Assembly: GCA_964543115.1 (NCBI GenBank)
Contig: CAZIXI010000002.1
Span: forward strand, 1-39,870
Direction of reading: 5' to 3'
Source of the DNA: an uncultured bacterium
Lineage (GTDB): Bacteria; Auribacterota; CAZIXI01
DNA length: 39,870 nt
Position numbers and translations under genes: made by a program. Numbering within the stretch: the first letter of the stretch is position 1; each line of letters opens with the position of its first letter. The notes below the pieces were generated by a model that was given only the letters and a program-made list of their open reading frames with translations, was not told the origin of the DNA and did not search any database. This document shows, in pieces, positions 14,942 to 24,199 of the stretch.

Positions 14942-16333
14942 ATGACCAAATCATCTCCTGTTCGTGTCCGATTCGCGCCCAGTCCCACCGGTTATCTTCA
15001 TGTTGGCGGAGTGCGTACCGCGCTTTTTAATTGGCTATTCGCCAGAAATAAAAAAGGTACATTTATCCTCCGGATTGAAGATACGGATAAAAAGCGTTCG
15101 ACTAAGGAGTCCCTGACCGATATTCTGGATACGCTTAAGTGGCTGGGGCTTTCCTGGGACGAAGGGCCGTCTTTTCAGTCGGAGCAGTTAGAAAAATATG
15201 TGGAATACGCGGATAAATTAATTGCCGAAGGAAAGGCCTACAAAAGTGACCGGCCGCGTAAGATTGTGGATGGTGCCGGGGAAGAAGAGGCAGCGAGTGG
15301 TGCCGAAGTGACCTCGGGCGAGGTCACGATATTTAAATCCACGCATGAAAAGGTTGTTCTTGAGGATCTTGTCCATGGGACGATTGAGTTTGACACGCAA
15401 TTGATTGATGATTTCATTATTCTGAAAAGTGACGGAATGCCTACCTATAATTTTGCCTGTGTAGTGGATGACGCCTTGATGAAGATTACCCATGTCATTC
15501 GCGGTGATGATCACATTTCCAATACGCCTAAACAGATTATGCTCTATCAGGCCCTGGGGTTTTCTCTTCCGCAATTTGCCCATGTGCCGATGATTCTCGG
15601 GCCGGATGGCGCGCGGTTAAGTAAGCGTCACGGGGCGACGGCCCACGGCCGTGCCAGTGAATACCGCCGGCAAGGGTATCTTGCCGGTGCCCTGCGCAAT
15701 TTTCTGGTGCTCTTGGGCTGGTCTCCGGGAGAAGATAAAGAGCTATTGCCGCTGGCTGAGACCATTCGGCGGTTCAGCCTGAAACGGATAACCGGGAAAA
15801 GCGCGGTGTTTAATTCAGAGAAATTAACCTGGATGAACGGTATGTATATCAGTATGCTTTCTGATGAGGAGATGGTAAATTATTGCCGTCCGTTTATGGA
15901 AGAGGCCGGTTTGCTTAAAGGACCGGCGGCTGATCAGCGGCTGCCGCTTATTGTGCCTCTATTTAAAAAGCGGATTAAAGTACTGACGGAGATAGTGGGG
16001 GCAACGGAATATTTTTTCCAGGAGAAAATTGACTTTGATGCTGCCGCCCGAGAGAAGTTTCTTAAGGCTGATGGGGCAGTGGCCATCCTGGAAAAAACCA
16101 AGGCGGGATTGGAAGGATTAGCTGATTTTGAGAAGGCGGCATTAGAAAAAGTACTGCAGTCAATATTAACTGAGCTTGGTCTGAAAACAAAAATACTTAT
16201 GCAGACTTTAAGGGTGGCGATTTCCGGCCGCACGGCTACTCCCGGTATTTTTGAAACAATTATCGGGATGGGGAAGGAACTGACGCTAAAACATATTGAG
16301 CAGGCGCTGGCGTTGGCAAGAGAAAATAGTTAG
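14942..16333 (+). CDS. gltX: Glutamyl-tRNA synthetase
   Basis: 463-aa ORF. It has VRVRFAPSPTGYLHVGGVRTALFNW (HIGH-type motif), VIRGDDHISNTPKQ, and a RLSKRHG KMSKS-type motif. Confidence 0.92.
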   Translation: MTKSSPVRVRFAPSPTGYLHVGGVRTALFNWLFARNKKGTFILRIEDTDKKRSTKESLTDILDTLKWLGLSWDEGPSFQSEQLEKYVEYADKLIAEGKAYKSDRPRKIVDGAGEEEAASGAEVTSGEVTIFKSTHEKVVLEDLVHGTIEFDTQLIDDFIILKSDGMPTYNFACVVDDALMKITHVIRGDDHISNTPKQIMLYQALGFSLPQFAHVPMILGPDGARLSKRHGATAHGRASEYRRQGYLAGALRNFLVLLGWSPGEDKELLPLAETIRRFSLKRITGKSAVFNSEKLTWMNGMYISMLSDEEMVNYCRPFMEEAGLLKGPAADQRLPLIVPLFKKRIKVLTEIVGATEYFFQEKIDFDAAAREKFLKADGAVAILEKTKAGLEGLADFEKAALEKVLQSILTELGLKTKILMQTLRVAISGRTATPGIFETIIGMGKELTLKHIEQALALARENS

Positions 16334-16419
16334 TTGAGTGCACACACGGGAGTATGGGGCAGTCTATAACCACCTCCTATAATGGCAGCCCCAAACGAAC
16401 TTTGGGGAGAGCGAAAAAC

Positions 16420-16959
16420 ATGAACTTACCAAACTGGATCACTATTGCCAGGATTTTGCTTATTCCTTTTTTTGTTGCTTTTATTTTGAAGTATCGGCAG
16501 ACACATTTGGAGTTTTTCCGTTATTACGCGGTTGCAATATTTATTCTAGCTGTGGTGACAGATGCCGTGGACGGGGGGATTGCCAGGTTGCGTAAACAAA
16601 AGACGTTTCTGGGGACCGTACTGGATCCCATAGCCGATAAACTATTGTTATTAGCGGCCGTTATTTTGCTTAGTATACCAATCAACGGCCTTACGCAGCT
16701 GCCGATCTGGATACCGGTAACCTTTATCAGCCGGGATTTGATTTTAGTCCTCGGGGCGATTGTTATTTATATCCAGAATGGCGGGCAGCTGAAGGTGAAA
16801 CCGAATGTTCTGGGGAAATTAACTACGGTAGCGCAAATGGCTACTGTTTTATGCCTTTTATTAGTCCTGCCTTATCCAAATTATTGTTGGCGGGTTGCGG
16901 GTTTTTTGACAATAGTATCCGGTTTAATGTATGTTTATCAAGGCACAAGGCAGTTGTAG
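16420..16959 (+). CDS. pgsA: CDP-diacylglycerol--glycerol-3-phosphate 3-phosphatidyltransferase (CDP-alcohol phosphatidyltransferase family)
   Basis: MNLPNWITIARILLIPFF and the DAVDGGIAR-x8-G-x3-DPIADK motif are present. The track ORF begins at 16354, but the homologous N-terminus starts at ATG 16420, preceded by GGGGAGAG. Confidence 0.8.
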   Translation: MNLPNWITIARILLIPFFVAFILKYRQTHLEFFRYYAVAIFILAVVTDAVDGGIARLRKQKTFLGTVLDPIADKLLLLAAVILLSIPINGLTQLPIWIPVTFISRDLILVLGAIVIYIQNGGQLKVKPNVLGKLTTVAQMATVLCLLLVLPYPNYCWRVAGFLTIVSGLMYVYQGTRQL

Positions 16960-17037
16960 TCAGAAACCCGAGCAATTAGCCAGCAACCAGCGCGGAATTA
17001 TGCATTCTGGTTTCTGTTTGTCCGGAGGACACATTTA

Positions 17038-18357
17038 ATGAATTGTATAGCTATAGTCGGTCGGCCCAATGTCGGGAAGTCCGCTTTGTTTAACCGTTTA
17101 CTCCGTAAACGGGTGGCCATTGTTGATAAGATGAGCGGGGTGACCAGGGACAGGATTTATGGACACCTGGAATGGCGGGGATCTTTGTTCACTGTTATTG
17201 ATACCGGCGGCGTTGAGCTGGGCAGCGCGGACACTGTGCGCCAGCAGGTGCTGGAACAGGTAAATCTTTCTGTTGAAGAAGCGCGGCTGGTGCTGCTGGT
17301 TGTGGATGTAAAAGACGGGTTAGTGCCGCTGGATGAGGAGATTAGTAAAATCCTCCGCCGGAGCGGAAAGCCGGTAATCGTTGTTGTTAATAAGGTAGAT
17401 AACCGCAAACTGGCCGAAGGTGTGAATCGATTTCATAAACTTGGCTGGGAGGAGACTATTGGGATATCAGCTTTACATGGCCTGGCGATAGATGATTTGT
17501 TAAATAAATTCGGCTGTTTTGTTTCTGGACCGGTAACTGCCGTAGTGCCGGCTGTGGAACAGCCGGCAATCAGGGTGGCTGTTATCGGCAGGCCGAATGT
17601 CGGGAAATCAACTTTTATTAATGCCTTAGTGGGTAAGCCAAGGATGATTGTCGATGAGAAACCGGGAACAACCAGGGATGCCGTTGATATTATGGTGAGT
17701 AGAGGCGATAAGTCCTGGCAGTTTATTGATACCGGCGGGATGCGCCGGAAAAAGCGGCTGGAAAGCGCGGTGGAGTTTTACAGTATTACCCGGGCCTATC
17801 AGAGTGTTGAACGGGCGGATGTGATTGTTCTGATGGTGGATGGCTGGGAGGGAATCAGAGTGCAGGAGGCCAAACTTCTTGATCATATTTCTGAACGGGG
17901 CAAAGGGTGCGTTATCGCGATTAATAAATGGGACCTGGTTACGGAAGTAGCAACAACGGCTTATCGCCGCCGGGTGTACGAGCGGCTGCCTCAGCACGGA
18001 TATGTGCCGGTGGTGTTTATTTCTGCTCTTAAAGGTCAGAATATTGATGAAATGTTACAGGGGATAGAATATGTTTTTTCTCAATTGCGCCAAGAGATAG
18101 CCACCGGCATTCTAAATCGGGTAATCAGGGAGGCAGTGGCCGTAAATCGTCCGCCATTGGTTAAGGGTAAGCCCCTGCGGATTTATTATAGTACTCAGGT
18201 TGGTGTGGCCCCGCCGCAGATTGCCCTGTTTGTTAATGATCCGGCGAGAATGCGTAAAAATTATTTAGGGTTTTTGAGTAATCAGCTCCGGCAGGCATTT
18301 GGCTTTGAGGGGGTGCCGCTCAAGTGGCGCCTGCGCCAGCGGAAGCGGAAGAAATGA
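17038..18357 (+). CDS. der: Ribosome-associated GTPase Der/EngA (double GTPase domain + KH-like)
   Basis: 439-aa ORF with two G1 motifs (GRPNVGKS at residues ~8 and ~184), DTGG twice and NK.D twice. Confidence 0.92.
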   Translation: MNCIAIVGRPNVGKSALFNRLLRKRVAIVDKMSGVTRDRIYGHLEWRGSLFTVIDTGGVELGSADTVRQQVLEQVNLSVEEARLVLLVVDVKDGLVPLDEEISKILRRSGKPVIVVVNKVDNRKLAEGVNRFHKLGWEETIGISALHGLAIDDLLNKFGCFVSGPVTAVVPAVEQPAIRVAVIGRPNVGKSTFINALVGKPRMIVDEKPGTTRDAVDIMVSRGDKSWQFIDTGGMRRKKRLESAVEFYSITRAYQSVERADVIVLMVDGWEGIRVQEAKLLDHISERGKGCVIAINKWDLVTEVATTAYRRRVYERLPQHGYVPVVFISALKGQNIDEMLQGIEYVFSQLRQEIATGILNRVIREAVAVNRPPLVKGKPLRIYYSTQVGVAPPQIALFVNDPARMRKNYLGFLSNQLRQAFGFEGVPLKWRLRQRKRKK

Positions 18358-18378
18358 TCTGCGTACCATTAAATAATT

Positions 18379-19482
18379 ATGGAAAAGTTTGATCTGACGG
18401 TTATTGGGGCAGGGATAGTCGGGCTGGCTGTTAGCAGCCGGCTGCCGGCAGGGGATAATCTGGTTATTGAAAAGAACGAAACTTTCGGCCGGGAGACCAG
18501 CAGCCGCAACAGCGAAGTGATCCACGCGGGGATCTACTATCCGCAGGATTCTTTTAAGGCCAGGCTCTGTGTTTCCGGTAATGAAATGATTTATCAAATA
18601 TGTGCCGAGCATAATATTAACCATCAGCGGCTGGGCAAAATCATTGTGGCTGTCAGTGAAGATGAGCGGGAGGAATTAGAGGTGCTATATGAGCATGGCC
18701 GGGCCAATGGGGTTCGGGGGCTAGAGTTGTTGGCGCAAGCCGATGTAAAAAGGTTAGAGCCAAAAGTAAGAGCGGTTGCGGGTATTTATTCTCCTTCCAC
18801 CGGTATTGTTGATACGCATAGTTTAATGCGCCATTTTGAATTAAGGGCCAAAGATAATGGTGTTACCTTTGCTTATGGTTGTACTTTGGTAGGTATAGAG
18901 CGTGTAGTTGACGGTTATCAGATTAAGATTAAGGATGTTGACGGCGAGGTAGATACTTTCTTTACCAGAGTTATTATTAATTCTGCGGGTTTGCAGTCAG
19001 ATCAGGTGGCCCGAATGGCTGGCGTTGACGAGTACTGCCTTCATTATTGTAAGGGTGAATATTTTAGTGTGGGCCGCGGTAAACAAAAGAATATCAGCCA
19101 CCTGGTGTATCCCTGCCCGACTAAGGTTAGTCTGGGAGTGCATACGGTGGTGGATCTGCAGGGGCAGATGAAGTTAGGGCCGAATGCTTTTTATGTGGAC
19201 AAAATTGATTATGAAGTGGATTCTGATCATTTAACTGAAATGTATGAATCTGCCAGTCGTTATTTGCCGTTTCTGGATAGAGATGATTTAACACCGGATA
19301 TGTCCGGTATCAGGCCGAAGTTACAGGCGCCCGGAGAAGAGGTAAAGGATTTTGTTATTTCTGAGGAAAGTGATCGTGACCTGCCGGGGTTTATTAACCT
19401 TATCGGGATTGAATCTCCCGGGTTAACCGCTTCACCGGCAATTGCCGAATATATAGTAAATAATATCCTTAAGGGCCTTTAA
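18379..19482 (+). CDS. FAD-dependent oxidoreductase, L-2-hydroxyglutarate oxidase (LhgO)-like
   Basis: 367-aa ORF. It has the dinucleotide fold DLTVIGAGIVGLAV and SSRNSEVIHAGIYYPQDSFKARLCVSGNEM, typical of the LhgO/DAO subgroup as I recall it. Confidence 0.7.
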   Translation: MEKFDLTVIGAGIVGLAVSSRLPAGDNLVIEKNETFGRETSSRNSEVIHAGIYYPQDSFKARLCVSGNEMIYQICAEHNINHQRLGKIIVAVSEDEREELEVLYEHGRANGVRGLELLAQADVKRLEPKVRAVAGIYSPSTGIVDTHSLMRHFELRAKDNGVTFAYGCTLVGIERVVDGYQIKIKDVDGEVDTFFTRVIINSAGLQSDQVARMAGVDEYCLHYCKGEYFSVGRGKQKNISHLVYPCPTKVSLGVHTVVDLQGQMKLGPNAFYVDKIDYEVDSDHLTEMYESASRYLPFLDRDDLTPDMSGIRPKLQAPGEEVKDFVISEESDRDLPGFINLIGIESPGLTASPAIAEYIVNNILKGL

Positions 19483-19535
19483 CATTTTTTAATATGCTCC
19501 CTTTCATTATTTTCCTTTCTTATTGTTCCTGCTTA

Positions 19536-19564
19536 TTGACAGATTAGTAAAAATATCATAAAAT
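19536..19564 (+). promoter_or_regulatory. Near-consensus sigma70 promoter for the gspE-led cluster (TTGACA - 17 nt - TAAAAT)
   Basis: TTGACA lies at 19536-19541, followed by a 17-nt spacer and TAAAAT at 19559-19564. SD AGGAGG (19570-19575) follows, 8 nt before ATG 19584. Confidence 0.55.
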
Positions 19565-19583
19565 TAACTAGGAGGACCTTTCT

Positions 19584-21299
19584 ATGATGGATGAAAACAG
19601 GGAACAGATAAAGAAGCCCCTGGGGGAAGAACTGGTTGAAAAGAAGATTATTACTCCGGAACAGCTTGATCGGGGCTTGAAAGAGCAGGGTGGTGGTACC
19701 TTGGGGCAGACGTTGGCCAGTATGGGGTTTGCCGATGAAAGGGATATTCTGCCCATTGTAGCAAAAAAATTAAATATCCGTTATATTTCAATTAAGGCTA
19801 CTCAAATCCCGCCGGAAGTTATCAATAAACTGCCCGCTAAAGTAGCTCATCATTACAAAGTGTTGCCGATTGAAATTAAGGGTGATGATATTGTAATCGC
19901 GATGAGTGATCCGATGGATATCCATACCCTTGATGATCTTAAACTCTTATTGGGCTGTAAGGTCGAGCCGGTATTGGCCGGGCCAAAGGATATAGAGGAT
20001 GGGCTGAAGCAGTATTATGGTGTGGGGGCGGAAACGGTAGAGAAAATGATTGCAGCAGAGGGCGGAATTAAGCTGGAAGTTCCGGAGGTGGATACTGAAG
20101 ATATTGAGAAACTGGCCGAAGACGCTTCCATTATTAAATTCGTTAACCAGATACTGCTGGAGGCTTATCGTGACCGGGCCACGGATATTCATATTGAGCC
20201 CTTTGAAGATGAGTTAAGGGTGCGTTACCGGATTGACGGTGTTTTATATAATGTAAATGTTCCGGCGACGATCAAGCATTTTCATTCCGCTATTGTATCG
20301 CGGATCAAGGTAATGGCTAATCTGAACATTGCCGAACATCGCCTGCCGCAGGACGGCCGGATGATGGTTAAGGTAAGCGGTAAAGAATTGGATTTGCGTA
20401 TATCTATTCTTCCCAGCTATTACGGTGAAACGGTAAACATCCGTTTGTTGACGGTGAGCAGTGTGTTGATGGGGATGAAGAGTCTGGGGATGTCCGCTAA
20501 TGAATTAGCGATACTGGAAAGTATCATAAAGAAACCGCATGGGGTATTACTGGTAACCGGGCCGACCGGGAGCGGCAAGACAACTACCCTTTATGCTTGT
20601 TTAAATAAATTAAATCAAATTGACCGTAAAATTATCACGATTGAGGATCCGATTGAATATCAATTGCAGGGGATTAACCAGGTACAGGTGCTGCCGAAAA
20701 TAAATCTGACTTTTGCCGCCGGGTTGCGTTCAATGTTGCGGCATGATCCTGATCTTATGATGGTTGGGGAAATCCGGGACAGGGAAACGGCGGATATTAC
20801 TATCAGAAGCGCGCTTACCGGGCATTTTGTTTTCAGTACACTGCATACCAACGATGCGGCCGGTGCGGTTACCCGGTTGGTGGATATGGGGGTAGAGCCT
20901 TATCTGATTTCTTCATCGGTGGAATGTATTATCGCCCAGCGCCTTGTCAGGATGATTTGCCCCGACTGTAAGCAGAAGGTGGAACCGAAAATAGAGTTGA
21001 TAAAGGAAATGGGATTGAGAGAACTGCCCAGCGGTATGGTTATTTACGAGGGGAAAGGGTGCGAGAAGTGTAAACAGAGCGGGTACCGCGGCCGTAACGG
21101 TATTTATGAGATTCTGGTAATGTCTGATCCTCTCCGTGATCTGATTATGCAGCGTGTGCCGGCAAATATTATTAAGAAGAAAGCCCAGGAATTAGGGATG
21201 CATACCCTGCGGGAAGACGGCTGGGTCAAGATTGCCGCCGGTCTTACTACAATGTCGGAAGTGCTTAAGGTTACCCAGGAAGAATCAGTTGTCGACTAA
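19584..21299 (+). CDS. gspE: GspE/PilB/MshE-family secretion ATPase with N-terminal T2SSE_N (MshEN-like) domain
   Basis: 571-aa ORF. It has Walker A (GPTGSGKTT), an Asp box, Walker B, His box (TGHFVFSTLHTND) and a tetracysteine motif (CPDCK...CEKCK.SGYRGR). Confidence 0.9.
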   Translation: MMDENREQIKKPLGEELVEKKIITPEQLDRGLKEQGGGTLGQTLASMGFADERDILPIVAKKLNIRYISIKATQIPPEVINKLPAKVAHHYKVLPIEIKGDDIVIAMSDPMDIHTLDDLKLLLGCKVEPVLAGPKDIEDGLKQYYGVGAETVEKMIAAEGGIKLEVPEVDTEDIEKLAEDASIIKFVNQILLEAYRDRATDIHIEPFEDELRVRYRIDGVLYNVNVPATIKHFHSAIVSRIKVMANLNIAEHRLPQDGRMMVKVSGKELDLRISILPSYYGETVNIRLLTVSSVLMGMKSLGMSANELAILESIIKKPHGVLLVTGPTGSGKTTTLYACLNKLNQIDRKIITIEDPIEYQLQGINQVQVLPKINLTFAAGLRSMLRHDPDLMMVGEIRDRETADITIRSALTGHFVFSTLHTNDAAGAVTRLVDMGVEPYLISSSVECIIAQRLVRMICPDCKQKVEPKIELIKEMGLRELPSGMVIYEGKGCEKCKQSGYRGRNGIYEILVMSDPLRDLIMQRVPANIIKKKAQELGMHTLREDGWVKIAAGLTTMSEVLKVTQEESVVD

Positions 21300-21375
21300 G
21301 AACTGTTACTCGTTGTTGAATATTCGGCAATTATTAGAGCTCTTCAAAAAACTTGCGCTAACCAGCAACTAAGAA

Positions 21376-21416
21376 AACGAGAAACGACGAGCGAAGCTCG
21401 CGAGTAACGAGAAACG
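21376..21416 (+). repeat. Direct repeat AACGAGAAACG (x2, 30-bp period) flanking a small GAA-loop hairpin in the gspE-gspF spacer
   Basis: AACGAGAAACG occurs at 21376-21386 and 21406-21416. CGAGC-GAA-GCTCG lies at 21388-21400. GTTACTCG (21305-21312) is complementary to CGAGTAAC (21401-21408). Confidence 0.6.
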
Positions 21417-21422
21417 GTTTTT

Positions 21423-22634
21423 ATGCCTTCTTTTAATTATAAAGCTAAAGCCGGACCAAATAAGGTTGTCGAGGGAACGATTAGTGCTGATTCCCGCTCA
21501 GCAGTTGTGGCCAAACTCAGTGAGCAGGGATATTTTCCGATTTCTGTCGAAGAAGCCGGTAAAAGTAAAGGGAAAACAGCTGTCGCATTCAGAAAGCAGA
21601 AGGTGTCGGCGCGGGATGTGGGTGTGTTTACCCGGCAGCTGGCAGATCTACTGGAAGGGGGGCTTACCCTTTTTCAGGCCATGGATACCCTTGTCAGCCA
21701 GACGGAGAATAAGACATTTTCTCAAATGATTATGGAAATAAGGGATATGATCCGTGAAGGGAATCCCTTATCTGTTGCCCTGGAAAAATATCCCAAAACT
21801 TTTAATAATCTCTATGTCAGTATGATTCGTTCCGGCGAGACCGGCGGTGTTTTGGATCAGGTATTGATCAGGTTAGCGGAGTTTTCCGATAAGGAACAGG
21901 AACTGCGTTCACGAGTGAGAGGGGCGATGATGTATCCGTTGTTCCTGGGTAGTTTTGGGGTATTGACCATTTTTGTTCTGGTAGGGTTTGTGGTGCCTAA
22001 GTTGACGAGTGTTTTTCTTGATTTTGGCCAGACCCTGCCGTTGCCCACAAAGATTTTAATGACGACCAGTAATTTTGTCGGCCGCTGGTGGTGGCTGATC
22101 GTGATAATGGTCGGGCTCGGTGTGATTATTATCAGGCAGCAGTATCATACGGCAGAAGGGAGATTCTTTATTGATCGTTATAAACTGAAATTTCCGCTTT
22201 TAGGCAAGATAATGCTGCATGGGGAGCTGGCGGGTTTCAGCAGAACCCTGTCCACTTTATTGGAAAGCGGGGTGCCGGTAACCAGATCCTTAGAGGTAGT
22301 AGCCGGTATTGTAAAAAATGAAGTGCTGCGCCGGGAATTCGGTAAGGTGCAGACGGAAATCTCTAAGGGGTCCTCTCTGGGCGGGAGTCTGGCGGAGAGT
22401 GAATATATACCGCTGCTCATGATTAATATGATCAAGGTTGGTGAAAAAGGCGGCATGGTTGAGAAATCACTGCTGAAAATTGCCGATACCTATGACCGGG
22501 AAATCGACCGGTTAACCAGAGTATTTACTACTCTGTTGGAACCGGTTCTTATTCTGACCTTAGGATTGGTGGTGGGGATGATTGTCGTTAGTATGTTACT
22601 GCCGATCTTTAATTTAAATTTAACAGTACAATAA
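21423..22634 (+). CDS. gspF: GspF/PilC-family inner-membrane platform protein
   Basis: 403-aa ORF. It shows the duplicated T2SSF architecture (FTRQLADLLEGGLTL.QAM ... FSRTLSTLLESGVPV.RSL) with three TM segments. Confidence 0.9.
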   Translation: MPSFNYKAKAGPNKVVEGTISADSRSAVVAKLSEQGYFPISVEEAGKSKGKTAVAFRKQKVSARDVGVFTRQLADLLEGGLTLFQAMDTLVSQTENKTFSQMIMEIRDMIREGNPLSVALEKYPKTFNNLYVSMIRSGETGGVLDQVLIRLAEFSDKEQELRSRVRGAMMYPLFLGSFGVLTIFVLVGFVVPKLTSVFLDFGQTLPLPTKILMTTSNFVGRWWWLIVIMVGLGVIIIRQQYHTAEGRFFIDRYKLKFPLLGKIMLHGELAGFSRTLSTLLESGVPVTRSLEVVAGIVKNEVLRREFGKVQTEISKGSSLGGSLAESEYIPLLMINMIKVGEKGGMVEKSLLKIADTYDREIDRLTRVFTTLLEPVLILTLGLVVGMIVVSMLLPIFNLNLTVQ

Positions 22635-22748
22635 ATATCAATATTTGGATTTTAAATCGCGGATAGCGGATTTTTTTATCAGGTTTTTTGCGGACCTCGC
22701 AAGCTGGTTCGCAATCCGCACGTTGCAGGAAAAATAGAAGGAGGGATT

Positions 22749-23183
22749 ATGAAGTGGAAATCTGGGTTTACTCTTATTGAGTTAATGATTGTCGTTGTTA
22801 TTTTAGCGGTACTGGCCGCGGCAGTTATTCCCCGGCTGGCGGGCCGCACGCAGCAGGCGCGTATCTCAACCGCTAAAATGGATATTACCGGAAATATCAG
22901 TGTCGCGCTCGACCTTTATGAATTGGATAATGGGCGTTTTCCGACAAGCGAGCAGGGGCTATCGGCACTCATCACCAAGCCTTCCAGCAGTCCGGTACCC
23001 ACGAATTGGAACGGTCCTTATCTGAAACGTAAACCAGTTGATCCGTGGGGAACGGAATACAAATACGCCTGCCCGGGAACCCATACTCAGGATTATGATC
23101 TGTATTCTCTGGGGCCGGATGCCACGGATGGAACAGCGGATGATATTACCAACTGGGAAACGGATTCAGAGAGCGGCAGTTAG
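22749..23183 (+). CDS. gspG: Major type II pseudopilin GspG
   Basis: 144-aa ORF. It has a prepilin leader and methylation motif (KSG/FTLIELMIVVVILAVLAA) and a GspG-specific C-terminus (DPWGTEYKY..PG....YDLYSLGPD..DGTADDITNW). Confidence 0.9.
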   Translation: MKWKSGFTLIELMIVVVILAVLAAAVIPRLAGRTQQARISTAKMDITGNISVALDLYELDNGRFPTSEQGLSALITKPSSSPVPTNWNGPYLKRKPVDPWGTEYKYACPGTHTQDYDLYSLGPDATDGTADDITNWETDSESGS

Positions 23184-23209
23184 TAATTTTCTGACTGTAA
23201 GGAGAGTGG

Positions 23210-23740
23210 TTGGAGGATTCATTGAGACGAACGGGGTTTACCCTCATTGAAGTTCTACTAGTGGTCGTTATCGTTACAATTATGGTGGCGATCGCTACCC
23301 CTCTATTTCGTAATACACTGACTACCATTCAAGTCGATAGTACCGCGCAGGATATTACTCAACTGATGCGTTTTTTGCAGGCGAAGGCAGCCGCGGAAAG
23401 GGTTACTTGCCAGCTGAAGATTGATGTTACAGCGGGGCAATATCAGGCCGGTCAGTTGACAGGGGCGAAATCAACATCTTTGGGGCAGGCGCGGAAGATC
23501 CCGGAAGGTGTGAATGTTATTGCGACAAAAAACCCCGCCTTTTTCTACCCTGATGGGACGATAGACGAAGTAACCGTATATATTTTTAGAGGGAAAAAAG
23601 GTTTCTATCAGGATCTGCAGAGCGCTGTCAGTAAAGAAATCGATCTGGGGCAGATCCAGACGGTTACTGAATCGAAATACATTTTTACTATTAAAACCCA
23701 GCCCACTATCGGCAGGATTAAGGTGATTGAACCATCATGA
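23210..23740 (+). CDS. Minor pseudopilin, GspH/FimT-like
   Basis: It carries an RRTG/FTLIEVLLVVVIV prepilin motif and is GspH-like in size and position. The start is ambiguous: TTG 23210 or TTG 23222, the latter giving an MRRTG leader. Confidence 0.65.
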   Translation: MEDSLRRTGFTLIEVLLVVVIVTIMVAIATPLFRNTLTTIQVDSTAQDITQLMRFLQAKAAAERVTCQLKIDVTAGQYQAGQLTGAKSTSLGQARKIPEGVNVIATKNPAFFYPDGTIDEVTVYIFRGKKGFYQDLQSAVSKEIDLGQIQTVTESKYIFTIKTQPTIGRIKVIEPS

Positions 23741-24150
23741 AGAAAAAAGGATTTCTCTTGTTTGAGGTATTGGTTGCCATTCTGATCGCTTCCACTTCCC
23801 TGGTAGTAATTCTCCAGGGATTAGGCAGTGCCTTTAGGGCGGGGAGTTTGGGAGAGAATTATTTTAAGGCCAAACTGCTGGCTGAGGCCAGGTTGGCGAT
23901 GTTGGAGAAAGAGGTGGCCTGCGCCAAAGGTACCGATAGCGGCAGGTTCAGCCGCACAGAGGATCCGCAAGGTATTTTTACCTGGCAGCAGGAGATTAAA
24001 CCGGTGATTATCGGGAAAATGGCCGATAGCGTTCTGCCTGTTTGTAGTGCCAAGGTGGTAGTGAAATGGCGGAGTAGAGGTGGACAGCGGCAATTGACGT
24101 TAATAACGTACGTTCCCCGGAAAGATGAAACGGCGTTAGTGACGAGGTAG
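23737..24150 (+). CDS. Minor pseudopilin, GspI-like
   Basis: 137-aa ORF with an ATGA overlap to the upstream gene. It has a KKKG/FLLFEVLVAILI prepilin motif with Glu5 and is small like GspI. Confidence 0.6.
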   Translation: MKKKGFLLFEVLVAILIASTSLVVILQGLGSAFRAGSLGENYFKAKLLAEARLAMLEKEVACAKGTDSGRFSRTEDPQGIFTWQQEIKPVIIGKMADSVLPVCSAKVVVKWRSRGGQRQLTLITYVPRKDETALVTR

Positions 24151-24199
24151 GATATCTTAGTTAGAGTTTAATAAAACGGACAAATGCTGTTTTTTTATT

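Noticed and set aside
15230-15340. GltX segment (KSDRPRKIVDGAGEEEAASGAEVTSGEV) lacking the Cys-rich zinc-binding motif seen in many GluRS
   Set aside because: Zinc-motif loss and variable insertions in this connective region are common among bacterial GluRS. The catalytic HIGH and KMSKS motifs are intact, so there is no sign of pseudogenisation.
16354-16419. Upstream extension of pgsA (MGQSITTSYNGSPKRTLGRAKN)
   Set aside because: PgsA-type proteins begin at the M-N-L-P-N-x-I/L-T motif, which is at ATG 16420 and has a purine-rich SD-like stretch before it. The extension has no homology signal.
16961-17016. 8-bp inverted repeat CAGAAACC/GGTTTCTG followed by TTTGT after pgsA, as a terminator
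   Set aside because: The 40-nt loop is too large for a confident intrinsic terminator call and the U-run is short. A single CGCGGAA inside it is within chance expectation for a 7-mer in 40 kb.
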